Source of the DNA: Candidatus Saccharimonadales bacterium
GTDB taxonomy: Bacteria; Patescibacteriota; Saccharimonadia; Saccharimonadales; JACQNP01
DNA: 61,400 nucleotides
NCBI GenBank assembly: GCA_041742395.1
Contig: JBGSIS010000024.1
Location: forward strand, 1 to 61,400
Reading direction: 5' to 3'
Each line of letters opens with the position of its first letter. Within the stretch, counting starts at the first letter, position 1. The position numbers and the translations under genes are program-made. This document shows positions 10,272-20,169 of the stretch, in pieces. The notes under the pieces were generated by a model. It was not told where the DNA came from. It worked only from the letters and a program-made list of their open reading frames with translations, and ran no database searches.

Positions 10272-13058
10272 GCGATGCAGTTCGACTACTTTATCTCGGT
10301 GGTCGTTTTTGCCGATACGTCCTACTTCTCTAAAAACTACAAAAATTAGCCCACAACCCAATGCTGTTAACCAGTCAGCTCCTGATATTGGCTGAGATCG
10401 GAAGAATGGGTAAATTAGAGGGTTATAGACTATATTAGCAATGCAGAATAACGATAATGCTACAGCAAATAGAAATCTGGGGCTATGAAGTTGATACATG
10501 GTAAATATGCCTTTTTGGCTTCTAATGTGAAGAATATTTAAAAGCTGACAAATCATAATTGTTACGTAAGTAAGGGTTGTTGCTTGCATGTGAATTTCGG
10601 AGTTATATTCAACAGTAGACGGATCGATACTTCTTCTTACGAAGAAATAAATAAAATTCATAAAACTCAATCCGCCAATTAAAATACCAACCCAGACTAT
10701 TTCCTTTAAGGACTTTTTATTTAGTATATGGTCATTAGGATCTCTTGGTTTTTCGGTCATTACGTTACCCTCTGCCTTATCCCAGCCAAGTGCAATCATT
10801 GGGAATAGCTCTGCAATTAAATCAATTGCCAATATTAACATTACGGTAATTGCAAGTGGCGTAGATAGCAGGGATGCGGCAACTAGGCTTAGTAAATTAA
10901 CCACTAGTTCTGAGATATTTGCATTAAATGCTACTAAAGTAATCTTTTTTATATTTTGAAATATCACTCTTCCTTGTTGGATAGCTTTTACAAGTGTCTT
11001 AAAACTATCATCAAGGAGCACTATTTCAGCGGACTGTTTGGCAACATCAGTCCCAGTTATACCCATTGCTACACCGATGTCTGCGCGTTTTAGGGCAGGT
11101 GCATCGTTAATGCCGTCACCCGTCACTGCAACAATATTGCCATTATCTTTTATAAGTCCAACTATTCTTAATTTATCTTCAGGACTAACTCTACTAAAAA
11201 TGACACTTTTTTGGAGTACGTTATCTACAATATCTTTGTCTGAAATAGTCTTAAGCTCTTCACCAGTGATTATCTTTATATCCTGACCTTTTTTTACGAG
11301 GCCTGCTTTTTCGGCTACAGCTTTAGCGGTTGTGGCGTAGTCTCCGGTAACTATCGACACTCGTATATTAGCCCTGCGGGCTGCATCCATAGCTTCTGGT
11401 ACGTCTTCTCTAACGGGATCTACCATTGAAACCATTCCAAGATAGATTAGTTTTGACTCAGTCTCTTCCATTTCTATTTTTTCAATTTTTTCTTTATCTT
11501 CAATTACTCTGTAGGCAAAAGCTAAATTTCTCATAGCTTTTTGAGCTAAGTTTTCGTTATTATCTAAAATAAATTTTTTGTCTTTTTCGGTGATTTTCCT
11601 GACATGTCCGTGATCCCAGATTTCTGTACAGTTTTTTAAGATTGATTCTGGGGCACCTTTTACGAATACATATTTTTTATTACTTTCACCCCAGGGCCTA
11701 ATTGAACTCATTAATTTACGACTAGAATCGAAAGAGAATTGTTTGATTTCTTTGTATCTTTCTTCATAACTTTCTACATTAATTTTTCCTTTATAAGACA
11801 AAGTTACCAGTGCACCTTCAGTAGGGTCGCCTACACAGTACCACCCTGCATGGTCATTATCTGGTCGTCCAATTTTTGCATTACTGGCAAATGATCCTGT
11901 GACTAATAATAGTTCTAGATCTTTGAGTTGTTTATCGTTTAATGATTTTCCGTTTAGCAGTATTTCTCCCTTATCTTCATACCCCTTACCGGAAACTTCG
12001 TAAGTTTCTCTACCAACAATAAATTGTTCGACAGTCATTTGATTTTTAGTTAAGGTTCCAGTTTTGTCGGTACAGATTACACTAGTTGCACCGAGAGTTT
12101 CTACTGAAGACAGTTTTTTTACGAGAGCTTTATCTTCAACCATTTTTTTTGCAGCTTGGGCCAGAACAGTAGCATAGGCGGCAGGTAATCCTTGTGGAAC
12201 TAGGGACATTGCTATCGCAACTGCAAGTAGTAGGCTTTCTTTTGCATCCAAGTCTAAGTTCATTGCAAATAGGACTAGGACAATAAATAAAAGCCCAATC
12301 GCTTTTGTTACTTTTGTGGAAATGTTGTTCATCTCTTTTTGAAGTGGACTTTCATCGACAGCAGTTGAGGTGCTTAAATTTGCTATACGGCCTAGCTCAG
12401 TACCCATTCCAGTGGCATGAACCACACCGTATCCTTTGCCGGTTGCTACTGTTGTCCCCATATATATCAAGTTATATCTATCGCCAATAGGAACTTCACC
12501 CTTAATGGGATCTATATTTTTTCGGCAAGGGTTAGATTCTCCTGTTAAGGCAAAGTCGTTTGTAGAAAGTTCAGATACTTCGATGACTCGAATGTCTGCA
12601 GGCACAGAATCACCTTCTTCTACGTAAACAATGTCTCCAGGAACTAAATCAGTAGAAGATATTTCTTCAATTTTTTGGTTTCTAATAACTTTGGCCTTTG
12701 GAACAACAAGTTTTTCTAAGCTTTCCATAATTTTTTCGGCTTTATACTCTTGCCTAAAGCCCATGTATGTATTTAGAAATACTATTGCCAATAGAGCTAT
12801 TCCAACCTGTTTGTCTTCGAATACGAAGGAGATGAAGCTGCTAACAAGTAGCAATATTATAAGTAAGTCTTTAAATTGCCTTAAATATTTTATATACCAA
12901 GGATCTTTTTTGTATTCTTCTAACTTATTTGGACCATGTTCTTCAAGGCGCTGCTTGGCTTCCTCTGTAGATAATCCGCCTCTCGAGGTTTTAAGACTCT
13001 TGAGAATTTCTTCTGAAGTTAGTTGGTATTGTTCTTTTGTAGTTTTATGTTCCACCAT
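10254..13058 (-). CDS. P-type cation-transporting ATPase (type II, Ca2+/Mg2+-like)
   Basis: Phosphorylation motif ICTDKTGTLT, TGES motif (LTGESNP), hinge VTGDGINDAPALKRADIG. 934 aa with multiple TM helices. Confidence 0.9.
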   Translation of the reverse strand: MVEHKTTKEQYQLTSEEILKSLKTSRGGLSTEEAKQRLEEHGPNKLEEYKKDPWYIKYLRQFKDLLIILLLVSSFISFVFEDKQVGIALLAIVFLNTYMGFRQEYKAEKIMESLEKLVVPKAKVIRNQKIEEISSTDLVPGDIVYVEEGDSVPADIRVIEVSELSTNDFALTGESNPCRKNIDPIKGEVPIGDRYNLIYMGTTVATGKGYGVVHATGMGTELGRIANLSTSTAVDESPLQKEMNNISTKVTKAIGLLFIVLVLFAMNLDLDAKESLLLAVAIAMSLVPQGLPAAYATVLAQAAKKMVEDKALVKKLSSVETLGATSVICTDKTGTLTKNQMTVEQFIVGRETYEVSGKGYEDKGEILLNGKSLNDKQLKDLELLLVTGSFASNAKIGRPDNDHAGWYCVGDPTEGALVTLSYKGKINVESYEERYKEIKQFSFDSSRKLMSSIRPWGESNKKYVFVKGAPESILKNCTEIWDHGHVRKITEKDKKFILDNNENLAQKAMRNLAFAYRVIEDKEKIEKIEMEETESKLIYLGMVSMVDPVREDVPEAMDAARRANIRVSIVTGDYATTAKAVAEKAGLVKKGQDIKIITGEELKTISDKDIVDNVLQKSVIFSRVSPEDKLRIVGLIKDNGNIVAVTGDGINDAPALKRADIGVAMGITGTDVAKQSAEIVLLDDSFKTLVKAIQQGRVIFQNIKKITLVAFNANISELVVNLLSLVAASLLSTPLAITVMLILAIDLIAELFPMIALGWDKAEGNVMTEKPRDPNDHILNKKSLKEIVWVGILIGGLSFMNFIYFFVRRSIDPSTVEYNSEIHMQATTLTYVTIMICQLLNILHIRSQKGIFTMYQLHSPRFLFAVALSLFCIANIVYNPLIYPFFRSQPISGADWLTALGCGLIFVVFREVGRIGKNDHRDKVVELHRSQVSN

Positions 13059-13105
13059 GTGCCCTCGATTTAATAAATATCTCTATATCAGAGTATACTA
13101 AACAT

Positions 13106-15757
13106 ATGGAAAAAACTGATAAAAAACGGCTTGTGGTTATAGATGGAAAATCAGTTTTCTACCGTGGCTACTATGCAATGTCTTACTTAAGCATGAAGGA
13201 TGGCACACCAACGGGGGGTGTTTATGGATTTGCTGTAATGGCACTTGAGGTTATTAAGCGATTAAGCCCTGACTATGTATGTGTAGCCTGGGATAAGCCA
13301 AAAACAAATATAAGAAAGAGACTAGAGCTTTATTCAGAATATAAAGCTGGTCGAAAACCTGCTCCACCTGATTTCTATGAACAAATACCAATTTTGCATG
13401 AACTTTTGGACGCTTTTGGTTGGCCACTTTACGAACTAGATGATTACGAAGCCGATGATATTATGGGAACACTTGCCGTTAAAGCTAAAGAATCTGGTAT
13501 AGAGACAATCTTAGTAACAAGTGATCTTGATTTATTGCAAATGATAAATGATAGTGTTCATGTTTATGCTCTGAAGAAAGGGCTGAGTAACATCGAGCTT
13601 TTTCACCCTGAATCATTTACAGAAAAATATGGAATAGATGTTAGTCAATTCCTGGATTTAAAAGCTCTTAAAGGAGATAGTTCAGATAATATACCTGGAG
13701 TGCCTGGAATAGGCGAGAAAGGTGCGACAGAGCTTCTCAAGCAATATGAAACACTAGACGGTGTATACGAAAATATTAATCTTATTAAAGATTCTATTAA
13801 ATCAAAACTTGTCGCCGGTAAAGAATCCGCATATTTGAGCAAAAAAATTGCCGCTATCTGGACGGATGCTCCGGTTGATTTAGATTTAGAATCGCTCGAT
13901 GTCGCAAACTGTAATCCTGAGAAGGTTAGAGAAATATTACAAAAGCTTGAATTCAAGACTCTTGTTAGACAATTACCAGAGGTTATGCAAGTGCAAGAGC
14001 AACACATGCATCAAGTAGATGTTAATTTGCCACTTCCGAAAAACATTATAATCGATAACGATGATCTGCTCTCTCAAAGTTTAGATATTGAAGACGCCTC
14101 TGAGGTGATTGTCTATAGTTACTCTGAGGGCAAGCATGGGAAAAAACCAAAATTATTGCTCATTAGCCCATCTCCGAATCTACTGTATACAATAATTATA
14201 GATAAAATTGATATAAAGGTTTTGACTTCTAAAATTTCAGAATTGTTTGAAAAAGAAACTACTTTAAAAATTGGTTATGATATCAAAAATACTATCAAAG
14301 TTATTTTTGAACTTGGTATTAAGTTTGATGGTGTTGGTCACGATGTATTAATTGGAGCATTTTTATTGAATAGTCTTAGGAGAGAGCAAAGTTTGAGCGA
14401 ATTAGCTTTGGCTGATCTTGGATATCAGGGTTCTGAGTTTGATAATTTGCCACCTGAAGAAGTTATCGATAGAGCCCCAGAAATAATCGCAGTAATTAGA
14501 GGGCTTTATGAGCAACAAGTTACTAAACTGGCAGAGTTTCCTAAACTCAACGAACTTGCTCAGTCTATAGAGTGGCCAGTTATACAGGTGTTGGCTGCTA
14601 TGGAATACGAGGGTATAAAGTTAGATACATCTTACCTCGATAAAATGTCAGTTGAGTTAGCTGATCAGATTAGCGATATAGAGCAAGAAGTTTTTGGTTA
14701 TGCTAATCAAGAATTTAATGTAAGTTCTCCCTCCCAGTTGGCAGAGGTACTTTTTAGTAACTTGGAGCTACCGACAGCAGGTATTAAAAAAGGAAAAACC
14801 GGGTTTTCTACTGCTGCAAAAGAACTTGATAAGCTTCGTGGTCAACACCCAATAATTGACTTAATTACTGAGTATCGAGAGTATACCAAGTTAAAAAATA
14901 CCTACATTGATACTTTGCCTAAAATGATCGACAGTAATTCTCGACTCCATACTACTTTTAACCTTACTATCGCTCAAACTGGCAGGCTAAGCAGCATAGA
15001 CCCTAATCTACAGAATATCCCGGTTAGAACTGAATTAGGTAATCGCATTCGTAAGGCATTCGTTGCTGGGGAAGGTAATGTTTTTGTTAGTGCAGATTAT
15101 TCACAATTTGAACTCCGTCTTGCTTCATTTCTCGCAAATGATCAAGATCTTATGGATATGTTCAACCAAGACGTCGACATACATACCGCCACAGCATCTC
15201 AAATTTACGGAAGAAATCCAGAAGACGTTACTAAGAACATGAGGCGAGACGCAAAAGTAATTAACTTTGGAATACTATATGGAATGAGCCCGCATGGCTT
15301 AAGCGTAGCTACTGGAATGTCAATGCAGCAGGCTAAGACATTTATTGATAAATATTTTGAACTTAGAAAACCAATTCTGATTTATATGGATAACCTAAAA
15401 AAACAAGCAAAGATTGACGGATATGTAGAGACGTTGTTTGGACGAAGAAGGCCAATGCCAGATATAAATTCTTCAAATTTTATTGTTAGACAGGCAGCTG
15501 AAAGGGCGGCAATAAATATGCCAATTCAAGGAACTGAAGCCGATTTAATGAAGATGGCAATGATAGTTGTAGAAGATAGATTAGACAACGATTGTAAGCA
15601 GTTACTACAGATCCATGATTCAATTATGGTGGAGTGCCCAGAGTCAAAAGCAAAAGATGTGGCCAATTTGTTAAAACATACTATGGAAAATATTCATAAA
15701 CTTCCAGTTAAGCTAACAGTAGATACTGCAACTGGTAAAACATGGGGAGACTTATAG
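13106..15757 (+). CDS. polA: DNA polymerase I
   Basis: 5-prime nuclease domain (LVVIDGKSVFYRGYYA, GIPGVPGIGEKGA). Pol motif A VSADYSQFELRL and motif B RRDAKVINFGILYGMS. Motif C reads QIHDS instead of QVHDE. No DxE exo-I motif seen in the middle domain. Confidence 0.95.
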   Translation: MEKTDKKRLVVIDGKSVFYRGYYAMSYLSMKDGTPTGGVYGFAVMALEVIKRLSPDYVCVAWDKPKTNIRKRLELYSEYKAGRKPAPPDFYEQIPILHELLDAFGWPLYELDDYEADDIMGTLAVKAKESGIETILVTSDLDLLQMINDSVHVYALKKGLSNIELFHPESFTEKYGIDVSQFLDLKALKGDSSDNIPGVPGIGEKGATELLKQYETLDGVYENINLIKDSIKSKLVAGKESAYLSKKIAAIWTDAPVDLDLESLDVANCNPEKVREILQKLEFKTLVRQLPEVMQVQEQHMHQVDVNLPLPKNIIIDNDDLLSQSLDIEDASEVIVYSYSEGKHGKKPKLLLISPSPNLLYTIIIDKIDIKVLTSKISELFEKETTLKIGYDIKNTIKVIFELGIKFDGVGHDVLIGAFLLNSLRREQSLSELALADLGYQGSEFDNLPPEEVIDRAPEIIAVIRGLYEQQVTKLAEFPKLNELAQSIEWPVIQVLAAMEYEGIKLDTSYLDKMSVELADQISDIEQEVFGYANQEFNVSSPSQLAEVLFSNLELPTAGIKKGKTGFSTAAKELDKLRGQHPIIDLITEYREYTKLKNTYIDTLPKMIDSNSRLHTTFNLTIAQTGRLSSIDPNLQNIPVRTELGNRIRKAFVAGEGNVFVSADYSQFELRLASFLANDQDLMDMFNQDVDIHTATASQIYGRNPEDVTKNMRRDAKVINFGILYGMSPHGLSVATGMSMQQAKTFIDKYFELRKPILIYMDNLKKQAKIDGYVETLFGRRRPMPDINSSNFIVRQAAERAAINMPIQGTEADLMKMAMIVVEDRLDNDCKQLLQIHDSIMVECPESKAKDVANLLKHTMENIHKLPVKLTVDTATGKTWGDL

Positions 15758-15900
15758 AAAACGTGAAGGTTGAAATATTTAGGGGTTGATCCACCAGGTT
15801 CAAGCAATGGCGAGAATCATTTGGGCAAAGTATTGATGCAGGTTAGAGATGAATTATCAGAATCTAGTTTTTCGTAAGCTACCACTTTCTAACAAAAAGC

Positions 15901-15929
15901 TTGAAAAAATAGCGTAAATGTGATACAAT
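15901..15929 (+). promoter_or_regulatory. sigma-70-like promoter, apparently leaderless (TTGAAA-17-TACAAT, 6 nt to ATG)
   Basis: TTGAAA 15901-15906, 17-nt spacer ending TGa, TACAAT 15924-15929. ATG at 15936. Confidence 0.5.
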
Positions 15930-15935
15930 AACAAC

Positions 15936-16508
15936 ATGAAATACTTATTGGGATTAGTAGGAATAGTGGTATTTGGAATTATAGCTGTAGTTCTATTTGG
16001 TAACGCAGTTGATAAAACGAACGATAATGCTCCTCAGGAGACTACTAAATCTGTTAAAACTACAGATTATATAAACGATACTTCTTCTGTTCAGTACACA
16101 AAGTACGGACAAATAGTTTCTAATCAAGAACGAAAAACGATGAAAATTACTGTCAGTCAGAAAGAATCTGTGATAGAGATATTTGATGGTTATCAAGAGA
16201 CTGTTCAAGAAAGAAGGACTTACGCCAATAATTACGAATCTTACAAAAACTTCATGTATGCTTTAGATAAACTTGGCTACACAAACAAAAAAGAAACATC
16301 TGTAGAAAATCCCACAGGAATTTGTCCCGGTGGCTATACATATTTCTATAAATTAAATAACTCTGGCGGTGATCTGTCGAACCTTTGGAATTCTAGCTGT
16401 AAATTACTTGGGGGTGACTTGGGTAATAACGGATCAAAAATTAGAAGTCTATTCACAAAACAAATACCTGAATACAATGATATTGTAAAAAATGTATCAT
16501 TCAACTAA
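15936..16508 (+). CDS. hypothetical secreted/membrane-anchored protein
   Basis: N-terminal signal/anchor LLGLVGIVVFGIIAVVLFG. 190 aa. No family recognised. Confidence 0.55.
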   Translation: MKYLLGLVGIVVFGIIAVVLFGNAVDKTNDNAPQETTKSVKTTDYINDTSSVQYTKYGQIVSNQERKTMKITVSQKESVIEIFDGYQETVQERRTYANNYESYKNFMYALDKLGYTNKKETSVENPTGICPGGYTYFYKLNNSGGDLSNLWNSSCKLLGGDLGNNGSKIRSLFTKQIPEYNDIVKNVSFN

Positions 16509-16535
16509 CTCTAAGCTCTAACATGTTACCATTTT

Positions 16536-17111
16536 ATGGTGTACAAAGCCGTATTTTTTGATTGTTTTGGAGTTTTAACTACCGACTACTGGAAAGATTT
16601 TGTTAGTAAATTTGATCAACAAAATATAATTGAAAAGTTATCAGAGATTAACCGTCAACTTGACGCAGGGTTTATTGATAAAAATGAATTTATTTTAGAA
16701 ATCGAGGAAATTACTGGATTAAAACCTCCTGAAGTAGAAACGCTTAAAAGTAACCAAATAGTTAAAAATAGTGAATTATTGGACTATATTAGGAAACTTA
16801 AATTAAGTGGTTTAAAAGTAGGAATGATAAGTAATATTTCATCAAACTGGGTAAGGGAATCATTTCTAGAACTTTCAGAGCAGGAAATGTTTGATGATAT
16901 GGTATTTTCTTACGAGGTTGGAGTAGTTAAACCAGACGAAAGAATTTTTAATTTTGCAATCAATAGAATGAATGTTGAGGCACATGAAAGTATATTCATT
17001 GATGACATTGAACTAAACTGCGAAATAGCAGCTGAGATAGGCTTCAAATCCATTCATTTTGTTGATAATAATCAATTGTATAAAGAAATAAATAAAATAA
17101 TAAAGGAGTAG
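16536..17111 (+). CDS. HAD superfamily hydrolase
   Basis: Motif I VFFDCFGVLT (D-x-aromatic, haloacid-dehalogenase-like variant). Motif II MISNIS. Motif IV FIDD. Confidence 0.7.
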   Translation: MVYKAVFFDCFGVLTTDYWKDFVSKFDQQNIIEKLSEINRQLDAGFIDKNEFILEIEEITGLKPPEVETLKSNQIVKNSELLDYIRKLKLSGLKVGMISNISSNWVRESFLELSEQEMFDDMVFSYEVGVVKPDERIFNFAINRMNVEAHESIFIDDIELNCEIAAEIGFKSIHFVDNNQLYKEINKIIKE

Positions 17112-17114
17112 GTT

Positions 17115-17288
17115 ATGCCTGAATCAACAAAGCATGAAGATTTTAATGATGTCCCAATGGAAAGAGTAGGAAAAATGGTTTTGGTAGGGCGTGGTGCCGT
17201 CGAGGCATACGTTAGGGAGTTTGTAGAACAAGAACAAACAGATAAAGACAATTCGGCATCTGAATTATCTACCGATTCTGACAAATAG
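17115..17288 (+). CDS. possible 57-aa acidic small protein
   Basis: Hand-translated: MPESTKHEDFNDVPMERVGKMVLVGRGAVEAYVREFVEQEQTDKDNSASELSTDSDK. Preceded by AAGGAG 7 nt upstream. Below the ORF-track length cutoff. Confidence 0.45.
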   Translation: MPESTKHEDFNDVPMERVGKMVLVGRGAVEAYVREFVEQEQTDKDNSASELSTDSDK

Positions 17289-17507
17289 TCTCTTATCGGT
17301 TTTGCATAGTTTTTTCAATTCTAACAATTCCATTCGTAAGGTGTTTGCTAAAGCAGAGCTGGTAACTAAGATAGTTATTTGTTGATGGCCAATCTTAACT
17401 TTTGCTTTAGACTGATAATTCTCAAATACATAGTTTTTGATGATTCTTATTTCTTCTGGTTCAGCGTACGAGTTGCTGTCTAGTATGTCTTTTATTGAGT
17501 TACCCAT
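17265..17507 (-). CDS. small DUF721/DciA-like protein (tentative)
   Basis: 80-aa ORF. The pattern ...V.IGHQQITILVTSSALANTLRMELLELKK... resembles DUF721 proteins as I recall them. Weak call. Confidence 0.4.
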   Translation of the reverse strand: MGNSIKDILDSNSYAEPEEIRIIKNYVFENYQSKAKVKIGHQQITILVTSSALANTLRMELLELKKLCKTDKRLFVRIGR

Positions 17508-17579
17508 GAATTTTGATTATACAGTTATTGACACCCGAGAGTATAATTATGTATAGATAAAATTACTCAAAACACAATT

Positions 17580-17819
17580 ATGAATTTGATTCAACAAAAC
17601 GATAATACAGAAATATATATTGAAACTTTAGTTGAAGTAGGACTAGTAAGGGAAGCATTTGTCGAACTGGAAGAGTTTGGGGAAGGTTGTGGCTCGGTTT
17701 TGGATTTAAGTAGATGCTATGAAGATATTGGCAACTTACCGTTTAGACTAATCGGTAAAGAAGCGTTAGTGGCTTTTTATGCGCTACATGATAATTATAC
17801 AAACGTTGCTTTTGCTTAA
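17580..17819 (+). CDS. hypothetical protein
   Basis: 79-aa ORF in an otherwise empty interval. No motif recognised. Confidence 0.4.
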   Translation: MNLIQQNDNTEIYIETLVEVGLVREAFVELEEFGEGCGSVLDLSRCYEDIGNLPFRLIGKEALVAFYALHDNYTNVAFA

Positions 17820-17849
17820 TGAGTTTCAATTCTGTCATACTATTTGTGT

Positions 17850-18725
17850 ATGCCAGAGTTACCTGAAGTTGAAACCGTAAAAAGAGGATTATCAAAATTA
17901 ATTGTTGGTAAAAAAATTATTTCGGTAAGTTTCGATTGGCCAAAAAGTTTTCCGAATGAACAAGATAAAGTTAATGAATTTTTAATTGGCTCAGAAATTT
18001 CTAGTGTAGAGAGAAGAGCAAAAGTACTTATTATTAATTTACTAAGCGATTATAGCCTAGTAGCACATTTAAAAATGACAGGTCAGTTCGTTTATAGAGG
18101 AAAAGAAAATTTTGGTGCAGGGCATCCTAGTGATAGTTTGGTGGGTAAATTGCCAGATAGGTCAACCAGGGTTATTTTTGAATTTGAAGACGATAGTAAG
18201 CTATTTTTTAACGATCAGCGAAAATTTGGATGGGTAAGATTTTTTCCGACAGTTGAGGTGCCAAATATAAATTTTATGCAAAAACTGGGACCCGAACCAC
18301 TTAACGATAGTTTCACATCTCAAATTTTTATTCAGAGATTAAACCGTAGGTCTAATTCAGCTATAAAAGCAGTTTTACTTGATCAGACTGTACTAGCGGG
18401 TATCGGAAATATTTATGCTGATGAGTCTCTATGGGCAGCCATGATTCATCCAAGAACCTTAGTTAAGAACATACCTGTAAGCAATATTAAGCTGCTTCAT
18501 AAAGAAATAAAAAATGTGCTACAGTTATCAATTGAAAAAGGTGGTTCTACAGATAGGAATTATGTAAATGCAGAGGGTAAAAAAGGATCTTATATTGAAT
18601 TTGCTAGTGTTTTTCGGCGCGAGGGTCAGCCATGCAAAAGATGTGGTACTGAAATAGTTAAGATTAGAGTTGCTGGGCGAGGAACTCACATTTGCCCAAA
18701 ATGCCAGAAAGAGATCATTAAATGA
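17850..18725 (+). CDS. mutM: formamidopyrimidine-DNA glycosylase
   Basis: MPELPEVETV N-terminus; the catalytic Pro2 requires the ATG at 17850 rather than the TTG at 17844. H2TH region. C-terminal zinc finger CKRCGT...CPKCQ. Confidence 0.9.
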   Translation: MPELPEVETVKRGLSKLIVGKKIISVSFDWPKSFPNEQDKVNEFLIGSEISSVERRAKVLIINLLSDYSLVAHLKMTGQFVYRGKENFGAGHPSDSLVGKLPDRSTRVIFEFEDDSKLFFNDQRKFGWVRFFPTVEVPNINFMQKLGPEPLNDSFTSQIFIQRLNRRSNSAIKAVLLDQTVLAGIGNIYADESLWAAMIHPRTLVKNIPVSNIKLLHKEIKNVLQLSIEKGGSTDRNYVNAEGKKGSYIEFASVFRREGQPCKRCGTEIVKIRVAGRGTHICPKCQKEIIK

Positions 18726-19642
18726 TTACTACACTAATAGGAGAAAATGATTTTCTAATAAAAGAATATATCAACAAATTTAAAAATCAATATATTGATG
18801 ACTATGGTGAAATGTCTGTTGAGCAGATTGATTGTGAGGAGTCTGAGGTTGATAAAATAACCGAGAGTCTAATAAACTTACCATTTTTAGTACCAAAGAA
18901 GTTGGTAACTCTTTTTTATCCTAGTAAAAATAAGCAATTTACTGATATTTTGGAAAATATTATTGATCTAGTTCCAGAAACTGTAAGAGTGATATTTATC
19001 GATACTAAAATTGATAAACGCTCCATTTACTATAAATTTATTAAAAATAAAACTGAGCTAATTGAATTTAATAAAATAAACGACTTTGAAATACATAGCT
19101 GGATTATTGAATATGTGGAAGGATTAGAAGGGAAAATATCTCAATCTGATGCAAAGTATCTAGCTGATTACGTTGGTAATAGTCAGATTAAACTTAGTAA
19201 CGAGATTAAAAAATTAATTACATATGACAAATCAATAACAAGAGAGAACATTAATAAATTATCCGTACCTTCAATTAATAGTACGATTTTCGAACTCATA
19301 GAAGTAACACTTTCAGGTCAAATCAATAAAGCGCTAGAACTCTATGATGAGCAGAAACTTTTAAATGTTGACCCAGTACAAATTGTAAATCTGCTGTCTT
19401 GGCAGCTAAACATAATTGCTATCATAAAAACTTCGAAAGGAAAGTCGATGGGTGAAATCGCCAGTGCGGCTAAAATTAATCCTTATTCTCTTAATAAATC
19501 AAAAAAACTTGCAGATAATATTACTTATGAGCGACTCAAGATCTTTATTAACGAACTCTATGAAATAGATAAAAGACAAAAGACAACAATTTTTGATACT
19601 GATCAGGCTCTTCAGGCATATATAATGTCTTTAGCTGAATAA
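18722..19642 (+). CDS. holA: DNA polymerase III delta subunit
   Basis: 306 aa, coupled to fpg (ATGA overlap). HolA-like layout (clamp-loader delta N-domain, ..KKL...D....N...L.... pattern). Moderate confidence. Confidence 0.65.
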   Translation: MITTLIGENDFLIKEYINKFKNQYIDDYGEMSVEQIDCEESEVDKITESLINLPFLVPKKLVTLFYPSKNKQFTDILENIIDLVPETVRVIFIDTKIDKRSIYYKFIKNKTELIEFNKINDFEIHSWIIEYVEGLEGKISQSDAKYLADYVGNSQIKLSNEIKKLITYDKSITRENINKLSVPSINSTIFELIEVTLSGQINKALELYDEQKLLNVDPVQIVNLLSWQLNIIAIIKTSKGKSMGEIASAAKINPYSLNKSKKLADNITYERLKIFINELYEIDKRQKTTIFDTDQALQAYIMSLAE

Positions 19643-19656
19643 AATCAGAATAATAA

Positions 19657-20016
19657 CTATTTTTTGGTAGTTTTCTTTGTGGCTGGCTTTTTAGTAGTAG
19701 TTTTAGTTGTAGTTTTCTTAGTCGTAGTCTTAGTAGTAGCTTTTTTTGTACTTGTTTTAGCACCACTTGATTTTGCCTTGGTCGATAATTGACTCTTCTT
19801 ACGGGCAGCTTTGTTCTTGCTAATAACGCCTTTTTTAACAGCCTTATCTAAGTTACTCTGTGCTGTTCTTTGAGCTTCGCTTACACCTTTGCCACTAGTT
19901 AAAGCAGCTTGAAAAGATTTAAGAGCACCTTTTAAGCTACGTTTTGTCTTAACATTTCTTACAGTTGCTTTTCTAGCAACCTTAACTCGCTTTTTTGCTG
20001 ATTTTATAATCGGCAT
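19657..20016 (-). CDS. rpsT: 30S ribosomal protein S20 with Lys/Thr-rich C-terminal extension
   Basis: MPIIKSAKKRVKVARKATVRNVKTKRSLK is canonical S20. About 35 extra residues of TTKK-type low complexity follow. Confidence 0.9.
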   Translation of the reverse strand: MPIIKSAKKRVKVARKATVRNVKTKRSLKGALKSFQAALTSGKGVSEAQRTAQSNLDKAVKKGVISKNKAARKKSQLSTKAKSSGAKTSTKKATTKTTTKKTTTKTTTKKPATKKTTKK

Positions 20017-20169
20017 CTAAAATCCTTTTTTAAATTTAATAGTATTTAGAAGTAAGACTATAGCTTAAAAGAGAAAATATTGCAAAAAATTGTGGAAACA
20101 TAGTGGACAAGCCTGTTTATATATGCTAATGTGCAGGAGTAGATTTTAACATAAACAAAAAACAACAAA

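Noticed and set aside
15758-15935. Intergenic regions (15758-15935, 21904-22044, 43457-43941, 55038-55130) inspected for tRNA or other structured RNA genes.
   Set aside because: I found no cloverleaf-compatible stems, no GTTCRANYC-type T-loop, and no other conserved RNA motif by eye. A tRNAscan or Infernal run would be needed for certainty.
19660-19770. A tandem DNA repeat (agtagt/tttagt units) as a possible CRISPR-like or satellite repeat.
   Set aside because: It is the coding sequence of the K/T-rich S20 tail. The units are short, degenerate and in-frame, with no spacer structure. No CRISPR array was seen anywhere in the window.
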